Positions 1-13,149 of a stretch of DNA of 64,000 nucleotides are shown here, in pieces (position 1 is the stretch's first letter; every line of letters starts with the position of its first letter). Source of the DNA: Octopus sinensis (lineage: Eukaryota); assembly GCF_006345805.1 (NCBI RefSeq), contig NC_042998.1:189906001-189970000 (forward strand). Direction: 5' to 3'. The position numbers were made by a program, and so were the translations under genes. Below the pieces are notes generated by a model, which made no database searches, had not been told where the DNA came from, and saw only the letters and a list, made by a program, of their open reading frames with translations.

Positions 1-2
1 GT

Positions 3-49
<47 letters not shown>

Positions 50-57
<8 letters not shown>

Positions 58-312
58 ATACTTGCCATCTCAATATTGCTAACCACTAAGGGTGGGTGTT
101 ACTGTAGCTTGTAGCCCCAGGAGAACATCGTCTCCAGCTGGCTTTAGGCACACTTTTTGTGCCCTTATGGTATTTGCTGTATTTGCAAATACCGAAAGGG
201 CACAGAAAGTGTGCCTAAAGCCAGCTGGAGACGATGTTCTCCTGGGGCTACAAGCTACAGTAACATCCACCCTTAGTGGTTAGCCATATTGAGATGGCAA
301 GTATACCTCACA
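50..312. mobile_element. Foldback / MITE-like long palindrome beside a (TG)n tract
   Basis: Arm 50-177 is the near-perfect reverse complement of 185-312, with a 7-nt loop TGTATTT. The mirror ORFs 79..270(-) and 92..283(+) are a by-product. Confidence 0.8.
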
Positions 313-2125
313 TTGTCGTGCAGTTACTGTTTATACCTCGTTCAGAGATTTATTATTGCTATATATATGTATGTAAATATATAAAGGAATACAAAACGTT
401 ATACATGAACGCAAAATATCCAGACACCTAAATGATACAATAAAGGGACAACAAAACATACAGACAGATGATACAAAAAAGGGACAAGAAAAAACACGGA
501 CGGGTCATTCGATGTTTTCTTTCCTCGGTCGAGTTCCAGATTATCTTTGCAATTTCGGCTGGTTATACTCGATGTCCCTCCAACAGAGATCCGATTCTAT
601 AATTTTTTGTCGATGTTCCTTCTTGGATGAGTTCCAGCATCCTGTTAACCTTTGCTTCTTCTACAACTGTGTGGAGTTCTTGGTGTTTCCAATCTCGTGG
701 GTTGCGAAATAGCTCAAGCCCAGGCACCGTATCACTGCAGTCGCTACCAGAACCCTCTGCCTCAATCGTTCCTCTGGGCACCTACAACTCTCTGGCAGCA
801 CTTCCCTTCCAACCTAATATCAGCTCCAGCTATTTTTGAGTCACTGGGATCTTTACACTTCATAGTTTCTCTTTTCCTTCATACAAACTCCTCTGAGAAG
901 CCACTAAATAAGAGTCTTAATGTGTTGGTTGACTCATGCAGAGCGATGTGGCTTTGGCTCTTGGGTAAGGCAAGCAACCTCCTCACAAAACTGTTAATCT
1001 TCCTCTTCAAGGTTTCCCCAAAGAACATGCTGACACAAAATCTCGGAGGATGTCATGCTGATGAACCCAAGCTTTGAAGCGATTTGTCGATCTTAAACCA
1101 GTTCTCATAATTTTGCAAATTCTGCGGAGTGAAACTGTCAGGCTGCTGTCAAAGTGTTTCTCCAAGCTCTTGACTAGTTGCTTTGTCAAGATTGACAGTG
1201 CCGGACAAGATCAAGCGAGACTTTTTCAACACTCTCTCTTTGCTTGGAGAAACACTTTGACAGCAGCCTGAAGTTTCCCTCCGCAGAATATAACATCGAT
1301 GAAGTCGCGAATAGCGGTGAAAGGACTTTGACAAACAAACGATTAATTGTTTAATCGGCACATTAAACAAATGGTTGATTAAGTAGTTAATTGGATATTT
1401 AGCCGATTGACTAACAGTAAAGAAGTGATATTGAACCTGTGCGTGTGTTTATTGTTATTGGGCTAATGACCCTCCCAAAACACTACACACACACATACAC
1501 ACATATAAATGTATGTATGTATGTATGTATGTATGTATGTATGTGTGTGTGTATAGATAGAATTATATGCGGTTATGTGTGTTTCTGGTAAATGTGTATA
1601 TAGTAATAAATAAGACGGTGAATACACACAAACACAAATACATATGTCTTTCTGCACGTGCGTGCGTATGTGTGTGTGTATGTATGTATGTATTATGTAT
1701 GTATGCATGTTTGTATTGCATGTGTGTACGTATGTGTGTAGTATGTATATAAATATATACAAACACATACATATTTGTGCGTATGTATGTGTGTGTATCT
1801 GTGCATGCGTTTGTGCCTGTGTACAGCGATATGTGGGTCTTTATACGCATAAATATCAGAAATATTCATATATTTAAATAATGTGACAGTCTGAGATGGA
1901 CGTAGATATGCTGATATATATATATAACGGAATGGACGGACTGAATGAGTTATAAAAATATTTACAAATACCAGCAAGCAGGTATATAAATATATGATTA
2001 GAAATGAAAATTGATGACAAAACTGCAAGCGTGTGTAAATGTGTGCTTTTATGCATGTTGATTTGTTTGTGCGTAAGGACGTGCTTATACGCAGGATTAC
2101 ATATATAAATACATTATATATATAT

Positions 2126-2563
2126 AGGCGCAGGAGTGGCTGTGTGGTAAGTAGCTTGCTAACCAACCACATGGTTCCGGGTTCAGTCCCACTGCGTTGC
2201 ATCTTGGGCAAGTGTCTTCTGCTATAACCCCGGGCCGACCAATGCCTTATGAACGGATTTGGTAGACGGAAACTGAAAGAAGCCTGTCGTATATATGTAT
2301 ATATATATATATAAGTGTGTGTGTGTATGTGTTTGTGTGTCTGTATTTGTCCCCCTAGCATTGCTTGACAACCGATGCTGGTGTGTTTACGTCCCCGTAA
2401 CTTAGCGGTTCGGCAAAAGAGATAGAATAAGTACTGGGCTTACAAAGAATAAGTCCCGGGGTCGATTTGCTCGACTAAAGGCGGTGCTCCAGCATGGCCG
2501 CAGTCAAATGACTGAAACAAATAAAAGAATAAAAAGATAAAGAGTAAAAGAGAGTAAAGAGTA
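2126..2563 (+). mobile_element. tRNA-headed SINE, family A (CORE-like centre, internal microsatellite, LINE-derived tail)
   Basis: A-box-like TGGCTGTGTGG, B-box-like GGTTCAGTCCC, CORE-like CTTGGGCAAGT, tail GGCGGTGCTCCAGCATGGCC...TGACTGAAAC followed by TAAAAGA repeats. At least 6 copies in the window. Confidence 0.9.
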
Positions 2564-2595
2564 TACCCATACACGTACATATATGTATATGCATT

Positions 2596-2823
2596 GTGGA
2601 GGCGCGTAGCTCTGTGGCTAGGGTGTTGTACTCATACTCGTAAGATTGCTATTTCGATTCCCGGACCGGGCGACACGTTGTATTCTTGAGTAAAACACTT
2701 CATTTCGTGCTGTCAAAAATGAATAATCCTGCGATGGACCGGCGTGTCATCCAAGCGGGGAAATATATGCTTTGGAAACTGAGAAACTGGCCCTATAATT
2801 CTATATGATTCGGGAAGGAACTT
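2596..2823 (+). mobile_element. tRNA-headed SINE, family C (V-SINE-like domain), diverged
   Basis: tRNA-like head (GGCGCGTAGCTCTGTGG...TTCGATTCCC), TTCTTGAGTAAAACACTT and CCTGCGATGGACCGGCG. Tail is similar to the copy at 39985-40275. Confidence 0.75.
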
Positions 2824-2989
2824 CACTATGTATATGCATTTATACACTGACGCTTATCACGTTTATATATGTGTATATGCATTTAGGAAAACGTACTCAA
2901 GGCTACACTAGTAACGGGAAATTATTTCTTGGATATTTCATAATAAGTTGAGGTAAAAGTTCTTGTGACGTGTTAAAATAATGCTTTTT

Positions 2990-3456
2990 TATATATTTTT
3001 GTGGTGTGTGTGGTCATTCAGTTCATGTGATGTTCAATGGTGACTCACTGTTGAAAAGTATCCAAGACTTGTTCGTCGAAAAGGCGCTTTGTTTCAAGAA
3101 GACAATGCAAAGCCACATACCACCAGAAAGATCAGTAACAAGATTGAAGAATTGGACGGTGTGGAAGTTCTGCTGCATCCAGCCTATAGTCCAGACGTTT
3201 CTCCATCTGACTTCTCAATGCAGCTCTTTATGAAAGGTCACCGATTGGAGTCATTCGATGACGTTGAAGAAGCTTGTCAAAAACTTTTCAATTCAAAGCT
3301 GAAGAATTGGTATTTTGACCAAATCCAAAAGCTTGCTGATTGTTGGCAGAATGTCGTGGAAAATGATGTTCTTAAATTTTGGAAAATAGTTGTTGTTGTT
3401 TTTGAATAAATTCGTGCGCAAAAAACACGGCGCATGAACTTTTTCCCTGCCCAGTA
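2990..3456 (+). mobile_element. Mariner transposon 3' fragment (transposase pseudogene plus right TIR)
   Basis: ORF 3089..3409 has QEDNAKPH, LLHPAYSPDVSPSDF and IQKLADCWQNVVENDV, the mariner DD34D C-terminus. A TIR-like end GAACTTTTTCCCTGCCCAG-TA lies at about 3436-3456. Confidence 0.85.
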
Positions 3457-3655
3457 TTCTGAGTTTCGCGAATGTTATTATTCATGTAAATGAATTCTAA
3501 ATTGTATAATACAGTATATATATATATATATATATATTATATATTGTTATATTCGGAATGGTCATATTGCCAGTTTAGCCAATAAAAAAATCTTGCACAA
3601 CAAATATTTAAACGTATATATATATGTATATATATATATAATATATATATATATA

Positions 3656-3713
<58 letters not shown>

Positions 3714-4835
3714 CGCATGTATGTATATATAGCAAAGACGATTGGCACCTGGTAGTAATACGCACATACACACAAACGATTTCCCATAGGCATAGCGATG
3801 CTAATAATCTGTTGGTAGAACTCAATGTACATACACTCAGAATAAAGCGTTAGGCGATTACAGAGCGTAATATGAAATAGAGAGAATAACAAGTGAACAA
3901 GTGTTATGTAATCAACTTTATTAGCAAGCAGCTGTTTGCTCCAAGAGCAGTTCACCCAGACTTTAATGTTTGTAAATCACCTTATAGCTTCCTTGATGCC
4001 TATTAGATATATTAAAATAAATTTCATAATACTCTCGTGTGCTTGATACTTGATCTGGGCGGCGTGTTCGGGTTGTTTCAGATTACTCCGTCAAGTGCTA
4101 GAGTAGCTGGAGGTCCCTTCAGCTGTCACCTTGTCGATGTTCCACTGGGACAAGGATGAGAGGGCTGAAAGGGTTTAACATCTGCTGGGGAATATATAGG
4201 TATTCTGCATTTTACGAAAACTCAGTACATGACACCATGACATACTCGATTCCAACTCACAGGTCAGCACGTACACACACAAATACATACACAAACACAA
4301 ACACATATACACACACATATATATATGTGTGTGTGTGTGTGGGAAAAGGGTGAGTTATATTTCATCCTTTACTTTGGAGGGTTCCAAAAGGTGATTTCTA
4401 ACAGAGATTCTTCATATTTTGCTGGTAGCGTACGGGCGTAACATTTTTGTGGGTATCAAACTATTACACGTATATGGTGTGTTATGAGAATTTATGGAAA
4501 GGTATCGCATAGAAATTCAACAAATATGTTGAAAATGGAGACGAGATGTTAAAATTTGAAAGAATTTTAATACATGCATACGATCGTTTCAAACAGCGAT
4601 ATTAACATGTAACTAACATGGTAGTATAATTAAAATTAATTCGATTAAATTAAATTAAATTAATTGCATATCCCTGTTCTCCTCAGTGCAAGAAGTATAC
4701 AACAAAAATTATTATTATTACAGAAGACTTCATGAAGAAAATAGCAGATGGGATACTATCTTAATTCTGTAGGATTAATAACTAATTTTCCTACAAAATT
4801 TGCATTTTTAAGCGATCTGTATATGTGTATATATG

Positions 4836-4925
<90 letters not shown>

Positions 4926-4939
4926 TATATATATGTATG

Positions 4940-5041
4940 AAACCCTCCTTCCCTTCTTTCCTGAGCGTCAATAATACTTTAATTGTTCCACGTCCTCGCG
5001 TTGCTGTGTTTTTTTTTCTGTGTTTTCTTGTTTGGATTAAC

Positions 5042-5113
<72 letters not shown>

Positions 5114-5140
5114 TTTTCTTGTTTGGATTAACTATGTATA

Positions 5141-5183
<43 letters not shown>

Positions 5184-5390
5184 ATATATAGAGAGAGAGA
5201 GAGGAGAGAGAGAGATCAGTAGCCACTACACACATTTCTCTCCTTGTTTTTTTCTGTGTCCCTTTCTGTAGAAGATCGTAGGCTCGAAACGTAAAAGACT
5301 TTATCAATTCCTGAGCGTTATACTAATGCATCTGTTTGTTTTCTGCACCACCTGTGTACGTCTTTTGTTTTTTTCGTGAACTCTCCATAT
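4940..5390 (+). mobile_element. Penelope-like 3' terminal fragments between (TA)n/(GA)n tracts
   Basis: 5220-5388 is similar to the reverse complement of 48203-48400, the end of the GIY-YIG-bearing element. 4950-5045 shares TTCCTGAGCG, and its last ~30 nt are duplicated at about 5112-5140. Confidence 0.7.
5262..5297 (+). ncRNA. Minimal type I hammerhead-like motif (core variant CUGUAGA)
   Basis: CTTT-CTGTAGA-A-GATC-gtag-GCTC-GAAA-CG-TA-AAAG: stem I CTTT/AAAG, palindromic ACGT stem III, GUA site. A6 is substituted and stem II has one mismatch. Confidence 0.5.
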
Positions 5391-6180
5391 ATATATATAT
5401 ATATACTGAGTGTAACATATAGATAGATGGGGCTGCATGCACAATCTTACGTGTAACTGTGTGCGTGTCTAGAGAAGCATTCTTACAGTTATACACACAT
5501 ACATATATCTGAATGTGCATCTGTGTGTGTTGGTGTGCGTGAGCGACCGAGTGTAGGTGTGTGTATGTTTATAATTTCAGAGACGTGGATAAGTATGTTG
5601 CTAAATAGTAATATACATTAGACTGATGAAGGTTTACATTCATTTTTATATACCATTATAATTATAAAGCACATACAATGTATGTCATACATGTACTTGT
5701 ATCAGGTTTGAGTGTGCTCGTATATATATATATATATATATAAATATGCTTGTATGTATGTATGTACGTACGTATGTATAATCCTTCATGAACTTATATA
5801 TAATAATCTCCAATGATAACTTCGTTGTTTTGATGTGAACAATAGGGATTGTTAGTCTATGAGTAGCGATTTAACTTTTACTTGTTCGTTTTCTCATTGT
5901 TCATCGTTGCTTTTACTGCTGCGGGTGCTGGTGCTGTTGCTGTTGTTATTTCTGTTGCTTATACTGCTGCTGCTGCCGCTGATTACTTTATCTTGCATTT
6001 TCCCGACCACTTACTAATATTTCTTTGATTCAATATTTCATAAAAGGGTAAAGGTAATGTATGGATTCTATTAGCTGTAATCGGTGAAACACGCGCACGA
6101 CAATTATATATTCACACACACAAATGACTGTAGATGCACAGACTCTCAGATACGTATGTATACAAACCCCCCCCACCCAC

Positions 6181-6341
<161 letters not shown>

Positions 6342-7820
6342 CACATATATATATATACATATACGCGTGCACACACACGTATATGTACATGCATACATAT
6401 TTAAATATATGTTTTGATATCAAAGTATATTTAGGTTGTATATATATATTATATATATATATATATACACACGTATATGCGAACGTTAAGTTACTTAAAA
6501 TGTGTTTGGGACATAATATGACTTCAGAAGGCAAATTCACTGCAGTTACTGCGGAGAATAAGAATTATCTCGTGGTAAAAGGTGTAAAAACACCATATCT
6601 GCTCAGTGATTCCCTACTAGCGGATTCCCAGACGTGTTTTTGGCTCTTGAGCTTTTCTCAATGGGAAATACCAAAGAGAGATAATCCTGGGTAGATTGAT
6701 CACCGTAGGTTTATCTAAAAATAATTAATATCAGTGACCAGCATGGACTGCCAGGTTGAACTAAAATTAACAGCATCAATGCCAAGCAGCGATGAGTAAT
6801 AAACAAACTTTATGGTAGTCAAAATATGTTTGTGACATATTTTAACTTCTAAAGGCAAATCCGCTGCACTTACCGTGGAGAAAAAATTACACCTTTTACC
6901 AAAAGATAGAATGTTTTTTCCACGATAATTGCACCCAACTCCTCTCTCTGTCACTCTAGAGATATTTTATCACACACACACACCTTATGTTTAGTTATAA
7001 TAAAAATAATTTAACATTAATCTCATGGGGTACTCTATAATTTTCTAGAGTACAAATTTATTCTCAAACAAGAATGTTGTTGACAGTCACGTCGAAGTTT
7101 CGGTTAGCTAAGGTATCGTCGGCAGTCCGACGATAACCTAGCTGAGCGTTTAAAATACATACAAACATACAAACACACATACATACATACATACATACAT
7201 ACATACATACATACATACATACATACATACATACATACATACATACATAGATACATGCATGCATGCATACATAAGCGATAGTTAGTAATAAATACCTTGA
7301 ACAGGCTGCAGAGAAACAATATACAACGTATACACAATGCTCAAAGCATTGGAATATTTTCAACTTGTAAAGAAATCTCTGTCGTTTTATAAACGAAGAA
7401 AAATAGAAAATAGCGGGAATATTAAGAGCAACAACAACGTCAACAGAACAGAACAAAAAACAATGCGAAACAGGAAAAGGAAGAAATGAAAGAATGTTTC
7501 TTTAAAACGAGCCTTTCGTTGAAGTAGAAGGTGGTGTGCATGGATTAGATATCTGCATAGTGGAACTTGATAAATATCAAAAAGTCATTAGTGGAGAGAG
7601 GTTTTCTGTTTTTTTTTTTAATTTTTGCTTTTGTTTTTGAGGGTGGGTGAAGACTTCTCTTTGCTTTTTTTTTTCAGTTTATTCTGTTTTTTTACTTTTT
7701 ACTTTTTTTTCGGATATAGAGAATTTTTAACGGAATCATATATTTTTTACAGAACATCTGTTTATCTGCATCAACCAGCGTATAAGTGTGTGTGTGTGTA
7801 TGCATATGTATATATTTACG

Positions 7821-7871
<51 letters not shown>

Positions 7872-9064
7872 CATATACATATATATGCATATATACATAT
7901 ATATACATATATATGTACACATATACATATATATGTATATATATGCATACATACACGTATATATATATATACATACATAATCGTATATAATATAGATATA
8001 TAGATGCAACAAACATATATATACATATATAGACACACACACACACATAGATATACACACACACAGAAACACACACACTCACACACACACATATATACAT
8101 TTGTTTGTATATACGTTTGTGTATGCGTACGTGTGTGTGTGTATGTGTGTGTAACTGTCTACAACATTTTTAAATTGTCTCATTTTATCTCTTTATCTTC
8201 TCAATTTCTCTCTCTCTCTCTCTCTCTCTCTATTCTCTCTCCCTCTTCTCCCTCTGATTTCTCTGTTTCTTCTCTCCCGCACTCTTTACTCACTCATTAT
8301 TCTTTCAATACTCTTTTCTCTCTTTTTCTATTTTCTCTTTGCCTCTACACTCTCTACTGTAGCTTACTCTACTTTCACTTTCACTTCCTAATCAACCTCT
8401 ACTGCCACGCAAAATCAGATTTGCAATTTATTCTATATTTTCTCTTTCCATTATTACTCTACAGCAGACAGCATCATTTTTACCTTCTCTCCTGCGACGG
8501 CTCCGTGTCTCTTCCCTCACCTTATACCTCCTCCCTCCTTCCTTCTCCCCCCCTTCTGTAACTCTGTCTCTCTTTATCTCCTCTCTCTCTCACTCGCTCT
8601 CTCATTCTCTGTCACTCGTTTTCTGTCATTCCGCGTTGTTTCATTTGCTTTCCATCCACTTCCTATGAAATTGCTTTTAGCTTATTTTCATTCCTTGATA
8701 TTGATATTATTTTCTTATGCATGTTTGTATGTGTCTGCCGGTATTTCTGTGTATATGTGTGCGTACGTATGTATATAGATATATGTGTGTATGTTCGTAT
8801 GTGTATGTGTGCGCGAGTATATATGTATGCGCATATATATACATAAACATGTATCTCACCTTTACGACATATTCATGTACATAGATATATAGGATGTGTG
8901 TATGTACGTATATACGTACGTTATGTATGTATGTATGTATGTATGTATGAATGTATGTATGTATGTATGTATGTAAACGTATATGAATATACGTGAGTGG
9001 GTATATATACATATATATTTTATATATATATACACACATATATGCATGCACACACACATTTTGG

Positions 9065-9586
9065 TTTTTTTATTTGTTTCCTTTATTTGACTGCGGCCAT
9101 GCTGGAGCACCGCCTTTAGTCGAGCAAAGCCTAGTACTTATTCTATCGGTCTCTCTTGCCGAACCGCTAAGGGACGGGGATGTAAACACACCAGCATCGC
9201 TGGTCAAGCAATGTTGGGGGGACAAACACAGACACACAAACTTATACATACATACACAAACACACACACACACACACCACACACACACGTACGCATATAT
9301 GTATATATATATGTATATAATATATTAATAAATAAAACATATGCATATATATATACATTTATGTACGTACCTACCTCTACATGTACATATACACGCATAT
9401 ATGAGTACAGGACACCAAAAAAACGTCGAACACAATGATATATATATATATACGACAGGCTTCTTTCAGTTTCCGTCTACCAAATTCACTTACAATGCTA
9501 TGGTCGGCCGAAGCTATACTAGAAGAGACTTGCCCAAGGCCGGAACCATGTGGTTGGTAAGCAAGCTACTTACCGCACAGCCACCC

Positions 9587-9589
<3 letters not shown>
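9065..9589 (-). mobile_element. SINE family A, internally deleted and expanded copy
   Basis: Reverse complement of the family A tail (9075-9125), body (9145-9235) and head (9455-9589). Confidence 0.85.
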
Positions 9590-9624
<35 letters not shown>

Positions 9625-11189
9625 ATATGTAAATATCAATTTTTGTTTTCACGTTAAGTTATATGTAAAGATTTAACGCAAAACTGAAGGGTTGTTCTAC
9701 ACGTTTCGTAGAGTACATGTTTATAAATCTCTTACAAGCAAAAGGTTGACAGTCACTTCGAAACTTTGGTGCTTGCGTTCATCAGACGCCGAAAATCCCA
9801 ACGGCTTTTACGATGAGATTATAATCAGACAAGTCTGTAGCTATCATTATACTATCTTTAGGTGGCAGGACAATATGCTTCCCACATTTTATGTGGTAGG
9901 TCTACCACGCCGCTCGCTTCTTAAATTTATCTTTATATTTTCGGGTAGGCTTAATATGTCTTTCAGTTTAACGCCATCACTTATTCCACATGAACCTTTA
10001 CTGGCTTTTATTCAGTTGCGAGTATTTAGACCAGAACTCGTGACTTGAACTCTGGACCTTACCTTTGGGCTATAACTCAAGACATGGTCGTTCGATATGT
10101 TAGAATTAGCAACCTAATCTCATTCAAATTTCACCCTATTGTCGTTAAAAAGGAGGATACACAGGACAGTGGTTCTACATATACACAAGATATGATAATA
10201 TTATATACACTGGATAATATTGTTCTGTATACGTAATACTCGAGTAAAGAATAGGATGGTCATGGCTAGAACGCCTTTGATCATATGTGAGTTCTGTCAT
10301 GGTTGATATGAGATTAAACGGGTACAACAACAGCAGCAACAGTAGAAATAATATGCACCGTAATAATGCTACATGCCACTCTACCGATTATACCGTCACC
10401 CGCCATCCAAATACGTTAATAATCCAAAGCAAAGCTGGATTAATAATTTGATGAGTTGCTGATTTATGTAAATGGCAATACTATCTGTAATTCTGCAGTC
10501 TGGATTCCTGGAACTAAGTGTATACATATCTTAAATTACATGTTATTCAATAAAGGAATCCTTGAATCAATAACCCCAGATATAATATCGTTTCAATGAG
10601 AGATATTGTTTTATAAGGTTTATTGACTTTCTAATGATGATTGCTGAGAAATGTTGTTTTGAAATGCCGTCACTTATTACTGAGCTTCCATATTTATCTC
10701 TAAACAATGAATCTTGATGTATTTACTGGTGTGTAATATTATAAGATAAATTATTTCTGGAACAATACAATGGGAATGATATAATGAGAGATGGAATAGT
10801 GATACACTGCAACACTTTGCTATAGTGGGGAGAATACGTATTACTGAATTCTCGCGCGGATCTTGGCCCAATTTTCCATGGACTGTCACAGGAAATCTGT
10901 TTCTAAATATCTATTTATACCATAAAATAAATATATTTTGAATGTTTATAAACATTTATTTATACTATAAACATTTATTTATTTGTTCAGAGAAGGGTAT
11001 GTATTTTCGGCGGGCTTTCCGACCTTCATAAATTGGTGAGATCAGTTTGACTGATGCTCAGTTGGAATTTTTAACTGCCTGAGAACTGCAATCATGGATA
11101 TATAGGATTGGCGCAAAGTATTTAGTGTAGGGATTGTGATCTGCGACCCAGTCAGGATGATGAATGAAAAGTAGGGCATAAGTTAGGTG

Positions 11190-13145
11190 GGTTTATGCAG
11201 ACCAAGGCTCATCAAATAATTTCAAGCAGGGGTGAATGTAGCATATATGGCTATAATTTCTTTCCGCTGGCAATAGCGTCTTTGGAGCGTGAGCTATGGC
11301 CTTTTGGCTGCCATCTTCACATTTGTGTAGGAATACGGCACCTACCCCGTATTCACTAGCATCTGTTGCCAGTATCGTTTCCAACTTCGGATCGAAGTGT
11401 GTAAGCGACAAGTCTGAAGGTAACATGATTTTTAGTTTCCTAAATATCTTCGGGCATTTTTCTTACCAAAACTATTTTGCATCCTTTTTAACAGCTAATT
11501 TAGTGGAGCCTTTGTGTTGTGTATGTTCGGGATATATACTTGATAGTATTTTACCAAGCCTAAAAATGCTTGTAACAATTTGACTTTCGTTGGGGGAAGC
11601 ATATTCCGTATTGCCATCGCCTTTGAAGGATCTGGCCTTCGTCTCCTTTCGTCAATTACGTGTCCTAAATATTTGCTTTTTTTTCATCGAAATTTCACAC
11701 TTTTCCTGTTAGTCTAAACCCGTATTCATTTATTTTTCCAAATACTTTTTTAATATGTTCGAAGTGTTTGCTCCACTGACTCGCAATTTATCAATATATC
11801 ATCGAGATAAGTGATAGAGAAGTCGCAATCATTTAACATTGTTGGAATATAGCGGGTGCCGCTTTTACTCCAAAAGGGAAGCCGCTTGAATTTATACAAT
11901 CCACGGTGCGTGTTGATTGTTAAAATGTGTTTGCAATCTTCCTCTACAGATATCTGTAGATACGCCTCCGCGGGGTCTAACTTCCAGAAAACTTTTCTCC
12001 ATTTAGTTTTGAGAATATTTCTTCAGGGCTTGGGAATGGATAACTTGTTCGACTAAACAATAATTTAATCCAGTTGAAAAGTTCGTGCCCACTCTTATTT
12101 TATTTATTTATTTCCTTACATAAATCGTCGGAACTGCTCAGTCTGAATGGTCGACCATTTCAGTTATAGGTAGACTCTCTAGTCTTTCTAGTTTTTTATT
12201 GACCTGGTCCAACGACATTTATAAATTGCCGTGGAACATGAACTACACCTTTTTACTAAAGGAGCACGGTGTTGATATTTTAGAAGGCTCCGGGTACAAA
12301 AAGAAAAAATGAACAGAAGTAAAAATGAGGTAATTCAGAGGTGGGGCTGAGGAAACTTCATTCCATTTCTCATCTTCATCTGATCATTCATTAAAAAATA
12401 CGCTTTTCCTTTTTTTTTATTGGTATGTCTCCCCACATGTCTCACCTATGTTGGCCCTTTATGGGTAATAAAGAAAAAGAAAAGTTACATTGCAAATACA
12501 TTGGACGATGAAATATAATTTCTTTCCTGTAACACTGTATCCTACTTTATTTGATTTAAGTAATTCCAACTCACCGATTTGTCGCCATGTGTCTTCATTT
12601 ATGACAGTGATGTCACAACCCGTGTCTAATTGCATTCTGACACTAACATTTTCGATTCTCACACTGATGAATTTTCTGTTCGTTGTACAAACTTTTTCTC
12701 TGATGGCAAACTATTTATTTTTTTTCGTTTGGTCCAATTTCTCGTCATCTTATTTCTTCAGTGCGATTTAATGTATCCTGTGTTCCCACAACAAAAACAC
12801 TTTGCTTTTTTTGAACGGACACTCTTTTCTCAGGTGCCTACCACCGCATGCCATAAATGGGTTTATCTCCTGTTGTATATCCTGTTTTTTTGTGAAACAC
12901 TTTACCTGTCTTCCGACTCTTCAACACTGGTTTTATCTGTAACCAATCTCTGCGTTGGATTTCTTCTGTGTCGTGCCTTACTTTTATTATCATATCGCAC
13001 TCTTTTGACAGTTTCTGGAGAGTTATATCGAAGTTCATTTTCAGCTTTGCGAGAATTTTCGTTGACTTCTGCGTCTTTTGTAGCAGTAAGCTCCAAAACA
13101 AAAATCAAGCACTTGAATGAATCTGGAGTTAGTTTATCCAGCTAA
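11190..13145 (-). mobile_element. Decayed Ty3/Gypsy (Mag-like) gag-pol fragment
   Basis: Gag (TPDSFKCLIFV, CCHC-like knuckles at about 12780-12850), protease MQLDTGCDITVI (12459-12662), RT (LDPAEAYLQI, LTINTHRGLYKFKRLPFG at about 11870-11990), RNase H ATDASEYGVGAV...LPAERNYSHI (11193-11426). Multiple frameshifts. Confidence 0.9.
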
Positions 13146-13149
13146 AATA

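Noticed and set aside
191-235. Possible permuted hammerhead inside the first foldback (CCGAAAGGGCACA...TGTGCCTA...CTGGAGA)
   Set aside because: No stem I, the core is CUGGAGA, and the mirrored arm lacks GAAA.
79-283. Two near-identical antiparallel 63-aa ORFs
   Set aside because: Artefact of the palindrome, with non-ATG starts.
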